From the NCBI GenBank assembly GCA_965219415.1, contig CBDCNP010000002.1:2944001-3008000 (forward strand): a DNA stretch of 64,000 nt. Reading direction: 5' to 3'. The first letter of the stretch is position 1; each line of letters opens with the position of its first letter. Made by a program: the position numbers and the translations under genes. This DNA is from Candidatus Marinacidobacterales bacterium. Lineage in GTDB: Bacteria > Acidobacteriota > Vicinamibacteria > Marinacidobacterales > DATDRI01. Below are positions 11,003 to 20,925 of this stretch, one piece after another. A model generated the notes under the pieces. The model had not been told where the DNA came from and did not search any database. It saw only the letters and a program-made list of their open reading frames with translations.

Positions 11003-11288
11003 CACGCCAGAATAGAACCCGTCACGTGCTACTCGTGACACCTCCGTGATCGATCATCTTCTTTCTTAGGATTTCCGCCAAAAGCTGGACCACCTTTTGC
11101 CGAGACCGGATAGCTCCAACCTGCACCATCCACGAACGTGACTCAAGCTACGGGGCGCTAACTTTTTTCCCGGTGGGACTCTCTCCCACTGAACATGCCA
11201 GCCTTCGCTGGACGCACTCGTGTCCAAAAACACAAACGAACTCAAGACCCGCAACGCCACTCATCGCCGCGGCCTTGCTTCCTTAGGT

Positions 11289-11795
11289 TTATTCTTTTAC
11301 CGTGATTGTGATGGTTTCGCAGAGGCCGGGCTCGTCCAGGGTCCGGTGCTCGCCGTCTCCGAGCTGGAGCGCGAGCGTGTGCTCACCGGGAGTAAGTTGC
11401 ATTTCGATGACCGCAGAACCGTCCCCGAAGTGAACCCAAGGGTCGGCCTCGGGAATGAGCTCGCCAACGGGAAGGCATTCTGTATCGACACCGATGTGAT
11501 GGTGTCCGGCGCCAGGGTGGACGTCGCCCTTCGGCTCGAGAGTGATGTTCTCGGAGCCGAACTCGAAGGCGACCGGTGATGTGACGACTGCCCCTTGCTC
11601 CGGCTGGATGAACCAGACGCGCGGGGCGCCCGAGCCCTCCATATCCATCTCGTGCTCTGCCTCTTCGGTCGCGGCCTCTTCACCGCTTCCTCCGCCCGAA
11701 GAGCAGGCTGCCGCGAAGCCCATCGCGAATACACAGGTCAATCCGATTGCGCAGGTTCCAAACCAAGTCGCCAGATGGCAGTGATTTTTCGACAT
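11289..11795 (-). CDS. DUF4399-family lipoprotein
   Basis: Lipobox-like AAAC; VWFIQPEQGAVV..GHHHIGVD..VHFGDG..LTPGEHTLALQLGDGEH. Confidence 0.8.
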   Translation of the reverse strand: MSKNHCHLATWFGTCAIGLTCVFAMGFAAACSSGGGSGEEAATEEAEHEMDMEGSGAPRVWFIQPEQGAVVTSPVAFEFGSENITLEPKGDVHPGAGHHHIGVDTECLPVGELIPEADPWVHFGDGSAVIEMQLTPGEHTLALQLGDGEHRTLDEPGLCETITITVKE

Positions 11796-11905
11796 TTCTA
11801 GACTCTCCTAATGGTCAGCGTTGTGCACCGTCCGCCTCCGTGCTGGCAGCGGCGGCTGCGCAAGAAGGTACCATCCTAGGGCAAAAAACGCTCTCCCCAC
11901 AAGGT

Positions 11906-12226
11906 CGTCCTGTGCCAAAACTCAGCCCTTTTGAAATAGCCCATAAATCAGCAACTTAGAGTCTGTGTTTGCGGCCGTGCCAAGGGCCGAGCGCGAACAA
12001 ACGACGAAATCATGTAGGCATGGTCCCGGCAAAACCGGAGACCGATCACGTCCTGTGCCAAAACTCGGCCCTTTTGAAATAGCCCATAAATCAGCAACTT
12101 AGAGTCTGTGTTTGCGGCCGTGCCAAGGGCCGAGCGCGAACAAACGACGAGATCATGCAGGCATGGTTCCGGGAGACCGGAGACCGATCAAGTTCGGGGC
12201 GCGCGGATGAATAAATAGAAGGCACA
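11906..12226 (+). repeat. Tandem pair of the dispersed end CGTCCTGTGCCAAAACTCGGCCCTTTTGAAATAG.. closed by GAATAAATAGAAGGCACA (MITE-like)
   Basis: About 140 bp units start at 11906 and 12049. The same end also occurs at ~12753, 15035, 17395, 22220, 25619(-), 32215, 33294, 33970, 34832, 46945(-), 59658(-), 62158, 63012 and 63665(-). Confidence 0.85.
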
Positions 12227-12725
12227 GGTAGTCTCGACGAAGCTGCAGCTTTCTTGAGGGCCGCAACCGGACCGTGTGTCCTGATCTTGGTTGATGATTT
12301 CATTGGCAGCGGCGGTACGTTCGTCGAAGGCATTAGCGACCTTGAAAGTGCTCTCGGAGGCTCACTGCATGACCACGGACATACGGCGTACGCAGTGGCG
12401 GCGGTTGGCCTTAGGCAGGGCACGGAACACGTCAGCTCAACAACTGGTGTTCAGTGCTTCCTCGGTGAGGAGTTCGGCTCGAACAATCGCGCCTTTTCAC
12501 CAGACAGCGGTATCTTTTCCAGCGACACTGACCGGCGCACGGCAGAGGCGTTGTGCTGCACGATTGGAGAGGCGCTTGAACCAAAGCACCCGCTGGGCTT
12601 CGCCAACTGTCAGAGCCTCATAGTGTTCGAACATCGCTGTCCCAACAACACACTGCCAATTTTCTTATAAGACTGGCAAGAAGTATCAGGGAGCCGATTG
12701 GGTGCCGCTGTTTCCTAGAGGCTGA
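12227..12725 (+). pseudogene. Phosphoribosyltransferase-like (PRTase-CE-type) 3' fragment, frameshifted near 12665
   Basis: ILVDDFIGSGGT PRPP-loop, PLGF..LIVFEHRCPNNTLPIF, then the shifted frame gives YKTGKKYQGADWVPLFPRG*. Confidence 0.7.
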
Positions 12726-12982
12726 ATTTGTCGTAAGTACTCGCCGTGCCCCCGTCCTGTGCCAAAACTCGGCCCTTTTGAAATAGGCCATAAATCAGCA
12801 ACTTAGTGTCTGTGTTTGCGACCGAGCCAAGGGCCGTGAGCTTTACAATCGTCTTGGGCGGGCGGGTCGTCACCATGCAGATGATCACCTAGTCGAGAGC
12901 GAATATCGAAGCGTGTGCCTGAAGCTGTTTCCACGCTACGCCGGTCGAGCGCACCGAGGGGCTACCGTCGCCAGCAAACCAT

Positions 12983-15034
12983 CTACGCGGCACGGCAGTA
13001 GTAGTTGAGAATGCCTCCAAGTCGCTCTCGCGACACGATGGGACCAGCGTCAGTCGCGCTTGCCGGCAGAGGTGTGAGGAGCTCGTTGCCGAGACCTTGG
13101 TGGTTCCGTTCTGTGTGATAGTGCACTACGTATTCGGTTACCGCTGTGCGCAGGTGTCGCTCACTGAGAGGTACGAAGCGGTCGAGACACTCTCGACGTA
13201 TGGAGAGAACGAATCTTTCCGCATATGCGTTCAGATTTGACCTTGCCCAGGAAAAGTGGACGGGTTGATTATCTCGCATGAGCAGTTTTGAGATCATGAA
13301 TCCGTTCGAACACCATTGGGCTGTTGTAATCGAGTGACGAGTGGAGTCGATATGGATTGTAGAACCCCTCGATGTAGCTCGCGACCGCGTCTTTGGCCAT
13401 ACGTCGTGTTGGCCAACTACGTCGGTGGAGGAGTTCGGTCTTGAGTGTGCCGAAGAAGCTCTCGGTCACGGCGTTGTCCCAGCAATCACCCTTGCGGCTC
13501 ATCGAGCACACGATGCCGTACTCATCGAGCACGGCCTGGTAGGTCGCAGCCGCGTATTGAGTACCACGGTCTGAATGATGCACCAAGCCACTTTCCGGCA
13601 GGCGGCGCCCCAAGGCTATGTGAAGCGCCTCAAGAGCAAGCTCCGCGCGCAGGTGGGGCTGCATCGCCCAGCCGACGACACGACGCGAGAACAGATCGAG
13701 GATGACCGCCAAGTAGAGCCAGCCTTCCCAAGTCCGGATGAAGGTTATGTCCGTCACCCAGAACTGGTTCGGTCGTTCGGCTTCGAAGTTCCGACCGAGC
13801 ACGTTGGGTGCGACAGGACGATCGTGCTTGCTGTCGGTCGTGCGGCGAAAACGCTTGCTGGGCAGGCCCTGCAGACCCATCTCACGCATCAGCCGTGCCA
13901 CTCGCTGCTTGCCCACCTCGACGTTCTCCCCGTCAAGCTGGCGACGTACACGCTCCCTGCCGTAGGTACCACGGCTATGGGCGTGGATCGCTTGGATGCG
14001 CAGCTTCAGCTTCCCATCCTCACACTGTCGCTTGCTGGGCGCGCGCTTCATCTGAGCGTAGTAGCCGCTGGTCGATACCCTCAGGACTCGGCACATCACC
14101 CGCACCGGGTAGTTGGCCCGCTCCGCGTGAATGAAATTGAATCTCATTCGCTTTCTTTCGCGAAGAAGGCCGCCGCCTTTTTTAATATTTCTCGCTCTTG
14201 CTCCAACGTGCGCACTCGACGTCGTAGCGAACCCAGCTCATCACGTTCCGCCGTCGTCAGAGCCTCGCGTGGACCTTCACCGTGATCAACTTTGTATTGT
14301 TTCACCCAGTTTCGAAGGGATGATTCCGTCAGGTCCAGTTCCTTAGCGACCTGGCCGATGCTGCGCTCGCCTTCCCTGAACAACCGGACCGCTTCCTTCT
14401 TGAACTCCCCCGTGAACTTCCTGCGTCGTCGTTTTCCCATGGACGCCTCCAGGCGCATTGTCGCGCCTCGGTTGGTGTCCACAAAACCCGGGCAGGGCCA
14501 GATTCGGACTATTAGCGGGAAGGCGAAGGGGCTTCACGCCTGAATCTCTCAACAGCCCACGTACCGCCTCGGTGAATAGCGGGTCCCGGTCGTGGATGAG
14601 GTATCGCTTGCCAAGGAGGAAACCATCCCACATGTCCGTGAGGTTTCTTGCCACCTGCTTCATCCACTCCCCGTTGGGGTCCGACGTTATCCCACCGATG
14701 CACACGCAGCGAGTGGCGATATCGATGACAAACAGGACATGGTAGCGGACGAGCCCGAACGGGTTCACCACCTCGACGGTGAGCAGGTCTGTCGCAGCGA
14801 TGGCGCCCCAATGAGCCTTGATGAAGGTGCTCCACGACATGCTCCTGCCCCGCTCCGGCGCAGGAGCGATACCGTGGTCGGCGAGGATCCTCTTGATAGT
14901 GTTGCGTCCGAGTTCATGTCCTAGGTTCTTGAGTGCGCCTCGCAGGCGCGTATATCCCCACGTCGGGTTCTCCCGCGCCACGCGCACAATGAGCTCACGG
15001 ATGTCCTTCGCCGTCGGAGGTCGGCCTGGGCTCC
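12983..15034 (-). pseudogene. Integrase-core transposase (family C), 5'-truncated and interrupted by IS3
   Basis: [30 protein letters not shown] | NAYAERFVLSIRRECL..GGILNYY rejoins across the IS3. Confidence 0.85.
13238..14500 (-). mobile_element. IS3-family element (orfA 14144-14440, orfB 13269-14147)
   Basis: TG..CA ends (tgaccttgcccag / cgggcagggcca); 4-bp target duplication GATT at 13234-13237 and 14501-14504; [16 protein letters not shown] and DNAVTESFF motifs. Confidence 0.95.
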
Positions 15035-15345
15035 CGTCCTGTGCCAAAACTCGGCCCTTTTGAAGTAGACCACAAATCAGCAGCTCAGTGCCTGTGTTTG
15101 CGACCGGACCAAAGGCCGTAGGCTGGTGCTTCCGCCATCACGTGTTGGTGAGATGACGCTAAGACTTTACGGTGCATTAAGTTACAGCCAAAATAGCGCT
15201 GGTGACCTTCGCTGCGCGCTAAATAGAGCGTAAGCGCCTTTTTTGCAAAGGGATGCGTACACATTACCAACAGTAAACAGCGCAAGCACCGATCAAGGCG
15301 GAATCAACGACGGATCGAGTTTTTGCAGCGCACAGGCGTTGGCGC

Positions 15346-15618
15346 ATGAATCACGTTCGTGCTGTGGTAAACTCCGGTCCGTTGATGCTACTGGTTGCCA
15401 GTCTGATCGATGCCTACTCAGTCATCGTGTTCGTCGCGGCGATCCTCAGCTGGCTTCATCTCCCGCCGAGCGTCCAGGTGGTTCGCATCGCCAGGATGTT
15501 GACCGAGCCGGCTCTGGCGCCGATTCGCAGGCTGGTGCCACCGAAGGGGAGGATCGACTTCTCGCCGTTGATTCTGCTGGTCCTCCTTCAGGTTCTGGGG
15601 CTCGTCGCGTTGGTCTAA
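15346..15618 (+). CDS. yggT: YggT-family membrane protein (start may be 15385)
   Basis: AILSW..LTEPALAPIRRLVPP..IDFSPLI signature. Confidence 0.8.
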   Translation: MNHVRAVVNSGPLMLLVASLIDAYSVIVFVAAILSWLHLPPSVQVVRIARMLTEPALAPIRRLVPPKGRIDFSPLILLVLLQVLGLVALV

Positions 15619-15955
15619 GGGACAACGGGGTAAAATTAGTCCACCGGATTCTACGCAGGCGCACGTTCGTCCAATGAGACGCAGCGACGTGTGCCGCCTG
15701 ATCGGGTCGGAGCGTGCCACGCGTTTCGCGTGAGACTACCGCACATGGACGAGGTACACGGCGCGGGACCCCATCCACCTTCGGACCGTCGGGCGCCCTG
15801 TGCCTGTGCCGTGGCGTCCGGCTGCGGCTGCCGGTCCGCGTACGTCGAGATCGAGACGCCGGAAGCTGGTGCCGATCAGCCCACCGCCCCCTTGGTCAAC
15901 CAATGAGATCAGACGACCAGCGAGCGCCGAACGCAGGGCGAGAGAACACTGCGCC

Positions 15956-17311
15956 ATGAGTCACCTGAGCAACCAGTTGCACGAGGACGCCAGAAGGCGG
16001 TTCGAAGAGCTCGGACGGAGTCTACTCGGCCGTGTTGCTACATTCCGAGATCCCCCTTCTCGGGCACGCCCTGCTTTCTCGCCAAATGTCTTCACCGGGC
16101 CACAGCTTACGGACGCAGACATCGACGGCGATGTGCATCTTGGCTGGCGGGACCGCCAAGGGAAGCCAACAGGCATCGCCGTCGCCGAGGCGGGAGGCTT
16201 GCGCACTGGTCTGATCGGACCCGATTACGAGAAGCTGGAGGCCCTCGCGTTGTCGATGGCCAGGGTCCGGCCGTTCAAGTCAACAGCGAGCGTCGAGTTC
16301 ATGCGCACGCAGCTCTTCGAATGGGTGAAAGAGCGCCACCGTGGAGAGGGTTCCGCGGGGTGCGTGGACTACCTCTTGCGGGCGTGGGAGAGCGGGGCGG
16401 CGGAACATCGACTGCTCGTTCCGGTGTCCGACCTTCACGTGCAGTCCCCACTGACGCTCGGCTCGGTTACGGTGTCGACGTTTCCGGAGAGCATCTTCGA
16501 GGAGCTTGAATCCAAGCAGACTCACGGCCCGTCTGCCGAAGCGCATGCTGAGTGGTGTCGGTCGATGCGCAGAGACTTCCAGGGTATCACCGTTGCGGAG
16601 ACGCGCGTTTTCGCAGAACCGATTCGAGCGCAAGAAATCGCCAGTGACCGAGTCGAGTTGGCGGTCGGTGTGCTTCGCTTCTTCACGCCCCCTGGGGTTA
16701 CATCAAGGGTTGCTCGCTGGGGTTACGCACCTCGGCGGATCGACCGGGTCTTCATTACCGACCCTACGGGGAAGTTCTTGAGCACCTCCGAGGCGATCAT
16801 TGACCACCCAGGGACCATGGAACTTAGCGACGACCTGCGTGACATTTTGCTCGATGTCGGCCTCTCGGAAGTTCGCGATATCCTCGCGCGTTCCTCACGA
16901 ACCGACTTCGAGGAGACACTTCTGTTGGGTATGGTCACGTTCGGTCGGGCGGCACTCACGCCAGATCTCAGAGAGAAGATGATCTGGTACTGCGCCGGGT
17001 TGGAGTCGATTCTGCTTCGAGACAGTTCGGAGCCGATTCTTCACAACTTGAGCGAACGATTAGCGATGTTTGCCTATGACACGGTGGAGGAGCGGACGGT
17101 TGCCTTGAAGGAGGTTAAGGCGGCCTATTCACTTCGGTCACGGTTCGTTCATCACGGCGCTGAGATCGAAGAGGGTGAGGTTGTGACCCGATTCGCTCAT
17201 CACGGCCTTCAGGTTTTTCTCCGAATCGCTAAGAATGTCCACCATTTCAGCGGCAAGGTGGAGTTTGTCGAACATATTGACCGCATGAAACTCTCGGGTG
17301 CCTCGCAGTGA
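15956..17311 (+). CDS. Apea-like HEPN domain protein (candidate anti-phage RNase)
   Basis: C-terminal GLESILL..LSERLA..YSLRSRFVHHG (RxxxxH HEPN motif). Confidence 0.7.
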   Translation: MSHLSNQLHEDARRRFEELGRSLLGRVATFRDPPSRARPAFSPNVFTGPQLTDADIDGDVHLGWRDRQGKPTGIAVAEAGGLRTGLIGPDYEKLEALALSMARVRPFKSTASVEFMRTQLFEWVKERHRGEGSAGCVDYLLRAWESGAAEHRLLVPVSDLHVQSPLTLGSVTVSTFPESIFEELESKQTHGPSAEAHAEWCRSMRRDFQGITVAETRVFAEPIRAQEIASDRVELAVGVLRFFTPPGVTSRVARWGYAPRRIDRVFITDPTGKFLSTSEAIIDHPGTMELSDDLRDILLDVGLSEVRDILARSSRTDFEETLLLGMVTFGRAALTPDLREKMIWYCAGLESILLRDSSEPILHNLSERLAMFAYDTVEERTVALKEVKAAYSLRSRFVHHGAEIEEGEVVTRFAHHGLQVFLRIAKNVHHFSGKVEFVEHIDRMKLSGASQ

Positions 17312-17570
17312 CTGCTTTCGCTTGCCAGTTGCCGATTTGGCTTCCGTCGGTTCACTCAGTGCCTCAGTCAGCTAGTTCGCTCTCCGTCTATCCCCGTCCT
17401 GTGCCAAAACTCGGCCCAGCCGGCATCGACGAAAGAACTGCGCCTCTCGAAATCAGGCTAAAACTCTAAGCACGCGAACAGGTTACGCGGCGGCCGCCAA
17501 CACTTGACTGCGGAAGCACCCATCGGTGCATCGGTTGCGTGTCCTTCATCGGTGCTTCCGCCATCAAGTG

Positions 17571-19015
17571 ATGGAATGGACTCCTCCACTGACATAGACG
17601 GCATCGATGTGCCAAAGTCAGTCGAATACGCATCGAAAAGGAGGAGTCCAAATGAAAGATACGACAATCGCTGTGGATCTTGCAAAGAACGTCTTCGAGA
17701 TTGCCATCTCGGGAGAAGCGGGGAAGGTGTCCAAGCAACTCCGTGTGAGTCGACCCAAATTGGTGTCGTTCTTTGCCAAACAGAGCGCTGCCACCGTGCT
17801 TCTCGAAGCCTGCGGCTCGGCTCACTTCTGGGCAAGGACGTTCCGAAGGTTGGGACACGACGTCGTCCTGCTCCCACCTCACCTCGTGAGGCCGTATCGA
17901 CGCGGGAGCAAGAACGACCGCGCCGACACGAAGGCGTTGCTCGAGGCCTACAGGAACGAGGAGCTTCTTCCCGTACCCATCAAGTCCGTGCACCAGCACA
18001 CCCTCGCTGCGCTCCATCGCCTGCGCTCAGGATGGCTCTCCACACGGACCGCACGCATCAATGCCGTACGCGGGCTCCTGCGCGAACTCGGATTCATCAT
18101 CCCAAAGGGCGCTCACTTCGTCGTGCCCGCCCTCTTCGAACTCGTCGAAGACGCTGATTCTGATTTGCCCGACGTGCTCCGTTCGCATCTCCGTGATGCC
18201 TGCTCCGAGATTCGAGAACTCAAGGACAAGTGCGCTAGCATCGAGCACGAGCTCAAGGCGCTCACCAAGCAGCTTCCTGAAGTCCAACGACTTCTCGCCA
18301 TTCCCGGCATCGGACTTCTGGCCGCGACCGCCATCGTGGGCTTCGTCGGCGATCTTCGCCGCTTCCCATCGGGGCGCCGCTTCTCGAGCTACCTCGGCCT
18401 AGTTCCCAAGGAAAACTCCAGTGGCGACATTCGCCGCCTCGGACGCATCACCAAGCGTGGCGACTCCTACCTCCGTATGCTCCTCACCCAGGGCGGGCGC
18501 GCCGTGCTCCGCGCGGCGAACGTCAGCAAGAGCCCGCCCGACAAGCTCCGCGCCTGGGCTCGGAAGGTCCACCGCTCGCGGGGACACAACAAGGCCGTGA
18601 TTGCTGTCGCCAACAAACTCGCCCGGATCGTCTGGGCCGTCTCCACCCGCGAGAGTGAATTCCAGTCGCCGGTGGCCGCTTAGATTTAGAGGCTCCACTT
18701 TCGTGTTTTCCTTTTTCCCTTCCAAAAGAGGCTGCGACGATACCCATCCAACTGATGGCGTACCGGTCGGACCGGCGCGGGGTCAAGCCAATAGCAACAC
18801 TGGCCCTAAGAGGTCGTTCAAAGTGATTGGCTCCTCGCGCGCGGATTTTCCATCATGGCCCGGAGCACCCAAGACGCTCCTCACTGAGGCCGAAGATACG
18901 TTTGCAGTCTGACCCACTCGTCACGACGCGATGGATGCGCAGCTTCGATGGAAGATTTATTAAGAAAGGGGCGTGACTAGAAAGAAAGGGGCTTGACTAG
19001 AGGAGTCCAGATATG
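17571..19015 (+). mobile_element. IS110 family (IS1111 group) element, copy 1; recombinase 17652-18683
   Basis: DEDD motifs AVDLAK, LLEAC, KNDRAD and GLVPKENSSG; subterminal IRs GGACTCCTC / GAGGAGTCC; long 3' non-coding region; TG core at both junctions. Confidence 0.92.
18730..18915 (+). ncRNA. Predicted bridge/seek RNA of IS110 copy 1 (boundaries approximate)
   Basis: Stem GCCAAT..ATTGGC encloses target-matching TAGCAACAC and (TCA)AAGTG. A second loop holds donor-matching TTCCATCAT and AGATACG. Confidence 0.75.
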
Positions 19016-19353
19016 TTGCTACGCCGTATTTTGAATGCTAATGTCAGCTGGCCTGCCTGTGTCGGCGAACGCCATTAATAAGGATGTCGGCGTGCACACG
19101 AAGGTGTCCCTGAACGTCAGGCACCGTGTGGCCAGCCCAGCCCCGCATCGCCGAAAGAACTGCGTCTCCCGAAATCAGGCTCAAACTCTAGCACACGAGC
19201 GGGTTACGCGGCAGCCACCAACACTTGATTGCGGAAGCACCACCGATTCGAGGGGCGCGCGATCTGGCTGCCGAAGACTGAGGCCGAGCGACCCAATCGA
19301 GAGTTTCTTGAATGGCACGGCGACAGTGTCTTTCGAGGGTGAGGGAACATGCC

Positions 19354-20067
19354 ATGACTTGGATTGCTGGCGTCGATGGCTGCAAGGCAGGCTGGGTCGT
19401 CGTCCGGCTCGAGCTGGATTCTCGTAGCATAGCGATTGACGTCGTGGACGGGATCTCCGTGGTTCTCGACTCGGAGAACCCGCCCGAGATTCTGTGTATC
19501 GATGTTCCGATCGGACTTCTGGACGAGGCGGTTCGTGGGGGGCGAGAGTGCGACAAAGCGGCGAGAAAACTTCTTGGAAGCCCTCGTTCGAGTAGCGTCT
19601 TTTCGGCTCCAGCACGCCCGGCTCTCAAGGGCCGAAGCTTCGAGGAAGCGCTTCGTCTGAATCGCGAATCGTCCGCGCACGCCGTGGGTATCAGTCAACA
19701 GTGCTTCGGTATCATTCCTAAGATTCGGGAAGTCGACGACTACATGACTCCTGAACTGCAGGGGCGGGTTGTTGAGGTCCATCCCGAGCTGGTCTTTTAC
19801 GAAATGAGTGGTGGCAAATCGGTCAAAGAGGGCAAGAAGTCCAAAGGGGGCCTTGCACATCGGCTGGAGTTGTTGGCAGAGGCTTTCGACTTCAACGCGT
19901 CGGAGCTAGTGGAGAATCACCGGAGCTCGAAAGTGGCTCGGGACGATATCGTGGACGCAATGGCCGCGTGTTGGACCGCGGAGCGCATTTTGAAAGGGGA
20001 AGAGGTCCGCGTGCCCAACGAGCCCGTTCTGGATTCGAAAGGGTTGCTGATGGAAATCGTGCGCTAG
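19354..20067 (+). CDS. DUF429 predicted RNase H-fold nuclease
   Basis: AGVDGCKAGW, IDVPIGL, R.CD..AR..LG..RSSSVF, EVHPEL and DDIVDA motifs. Confidence 0.85.
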   Translation: MTWIAGVDGCKAGWVVVRLELDSRSIAIDVVDGISVVLDSENPPEILCIDVPIGLLDEAVRGGRECDKAARKLLGSPRSSSVFSAPARPALKGRSFEEALRLNRESSAHAVGISQQCFGIIPKIREVDDYMTPELQGRVVEVHPELVFYEMSGGKSVKEGKKSKGGLAHRLELLAEAFDFNASELVENHRSSKVARDDIVDAMAACWTAERILKGEEVRVPNEPVLDSKGLLMEIVR

Positions 20068-20079
20068 TCTCCTTCAGTC

Positions 20080-20925
20080 CTACTCTCCCGCGATAGTCTC
20101 CGCGAGCCACGCTGTTAACTCGGGGTAGACCGCAAGGTCGAGGACGAACTCTTGCCCTTTTGCGACGACACTCAGATGAGCGCGTTGGCCCTTCAGCGTC
20201 CAACGGTCTAATGAGCCGTGATACGTCAAAGGAGGTCGTCCGCTCGGTAGGAACCCGCTGGGCAAGGACCATTCCGAGGCATTCTTCGCCCCTTGCGCGG
20301 TTAGGCGTCGCTTGTCCGAGGCGAATTCGAAAACGCCAAACCCGCGAATCGCGCCTACATCTACGCCTGGCAACGAGAGTGCCTTATTCGCGACGTAGAG
20401 CGTGTTCGTCGGATCTGGCGGGAATGCTAGGTGAGGATGGGCTTGGGCCCATCGCCACTCGCTACCACCGCTACGAACGACGTCGTCGACTGGAGCTACG
20501 TCGCCGACCTGCAGCCAGCCCCAAACATGATGTTCTGGCCGTCCCAATTTCCTCAACTCGTCGTCTACTGGCTGAAACGAGCCCCAGAAGAGGAAGACGT
20601 CGCCAACGCCGACGCCTTGATTTCGAAGGTGACCTTGAGCGGTTCTGTGTTGACCCAACGTTGCCCGCCATCCTGGATTTCGAGGAGCTAGGTTTCTCGC
20701 AAGATCTGGGTCGATGTGTGCGCGATAGTCGCTTCTCTGTTTGCCGCGAGTCAGTTTTGCGACGACGTCTCCAAGGTTGCGCCCGCGCCAGGTCAGGTCT
20801 TTGTAGCGCACCGGCGAACGCTTGTCCGGGATCGGAAGGGAGATCATCGAGCCGTCCGGGAAAATGGGACTCGGGCATCCGCCGCTCGACGAGTCGAATC
20901 CCTTCCGGCTCAAGATTAGCCGCAT
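20080..20925 (-). CDS. Nucleotide modification-associated domain 3 (Nmad3)-like protein
   Basis: MRLILSRKGFDSSSGGCPSPIFPDG..SLPIP..HIDPDL..GQ..AQGHL..GDVFLFWG..GQEFV. Confidence 0.75.
   Translation of the reverse strand: MRLILSRKGFDSSSGGCPSPIFPDGSMISLPIPDKRSPVRYKDLTWRGRNLGDVVAKLTRGKQRSDYRAHIDPDLARNLAPRNPGWRATLGQHRTAQGHLRNQGVGVGDVFLFWGSFQPVDDELRKLGRPEHHVWGWLQVGDVAPVDDVVRSGGSEWRWAQAHPHLAFPPDPTNTLYVANKALSLPGVDVGAIRGFGVFEFASDKRRLTAQGAKNASEWSLPSGFLPSGRPPLTYHGSLDRWTLKGQRAHLSVVAKGQEFVLDLAVYPELTAWLAETIAGE

Larger units (their letters stand above)
17551..19241. mobile_element. Internally deleted IS1-family derivative (MITE, ~245 bp) carrying an IS110 insertion in its terminal repeat
   Basis: GGTGCTTCCGC..GCGGAAGCACC ends match the IS1-like copies at 49784 and 54501. 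It retains the transposase C-terminus (AGL.TR.LTFRD). Confidence 0.8.
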
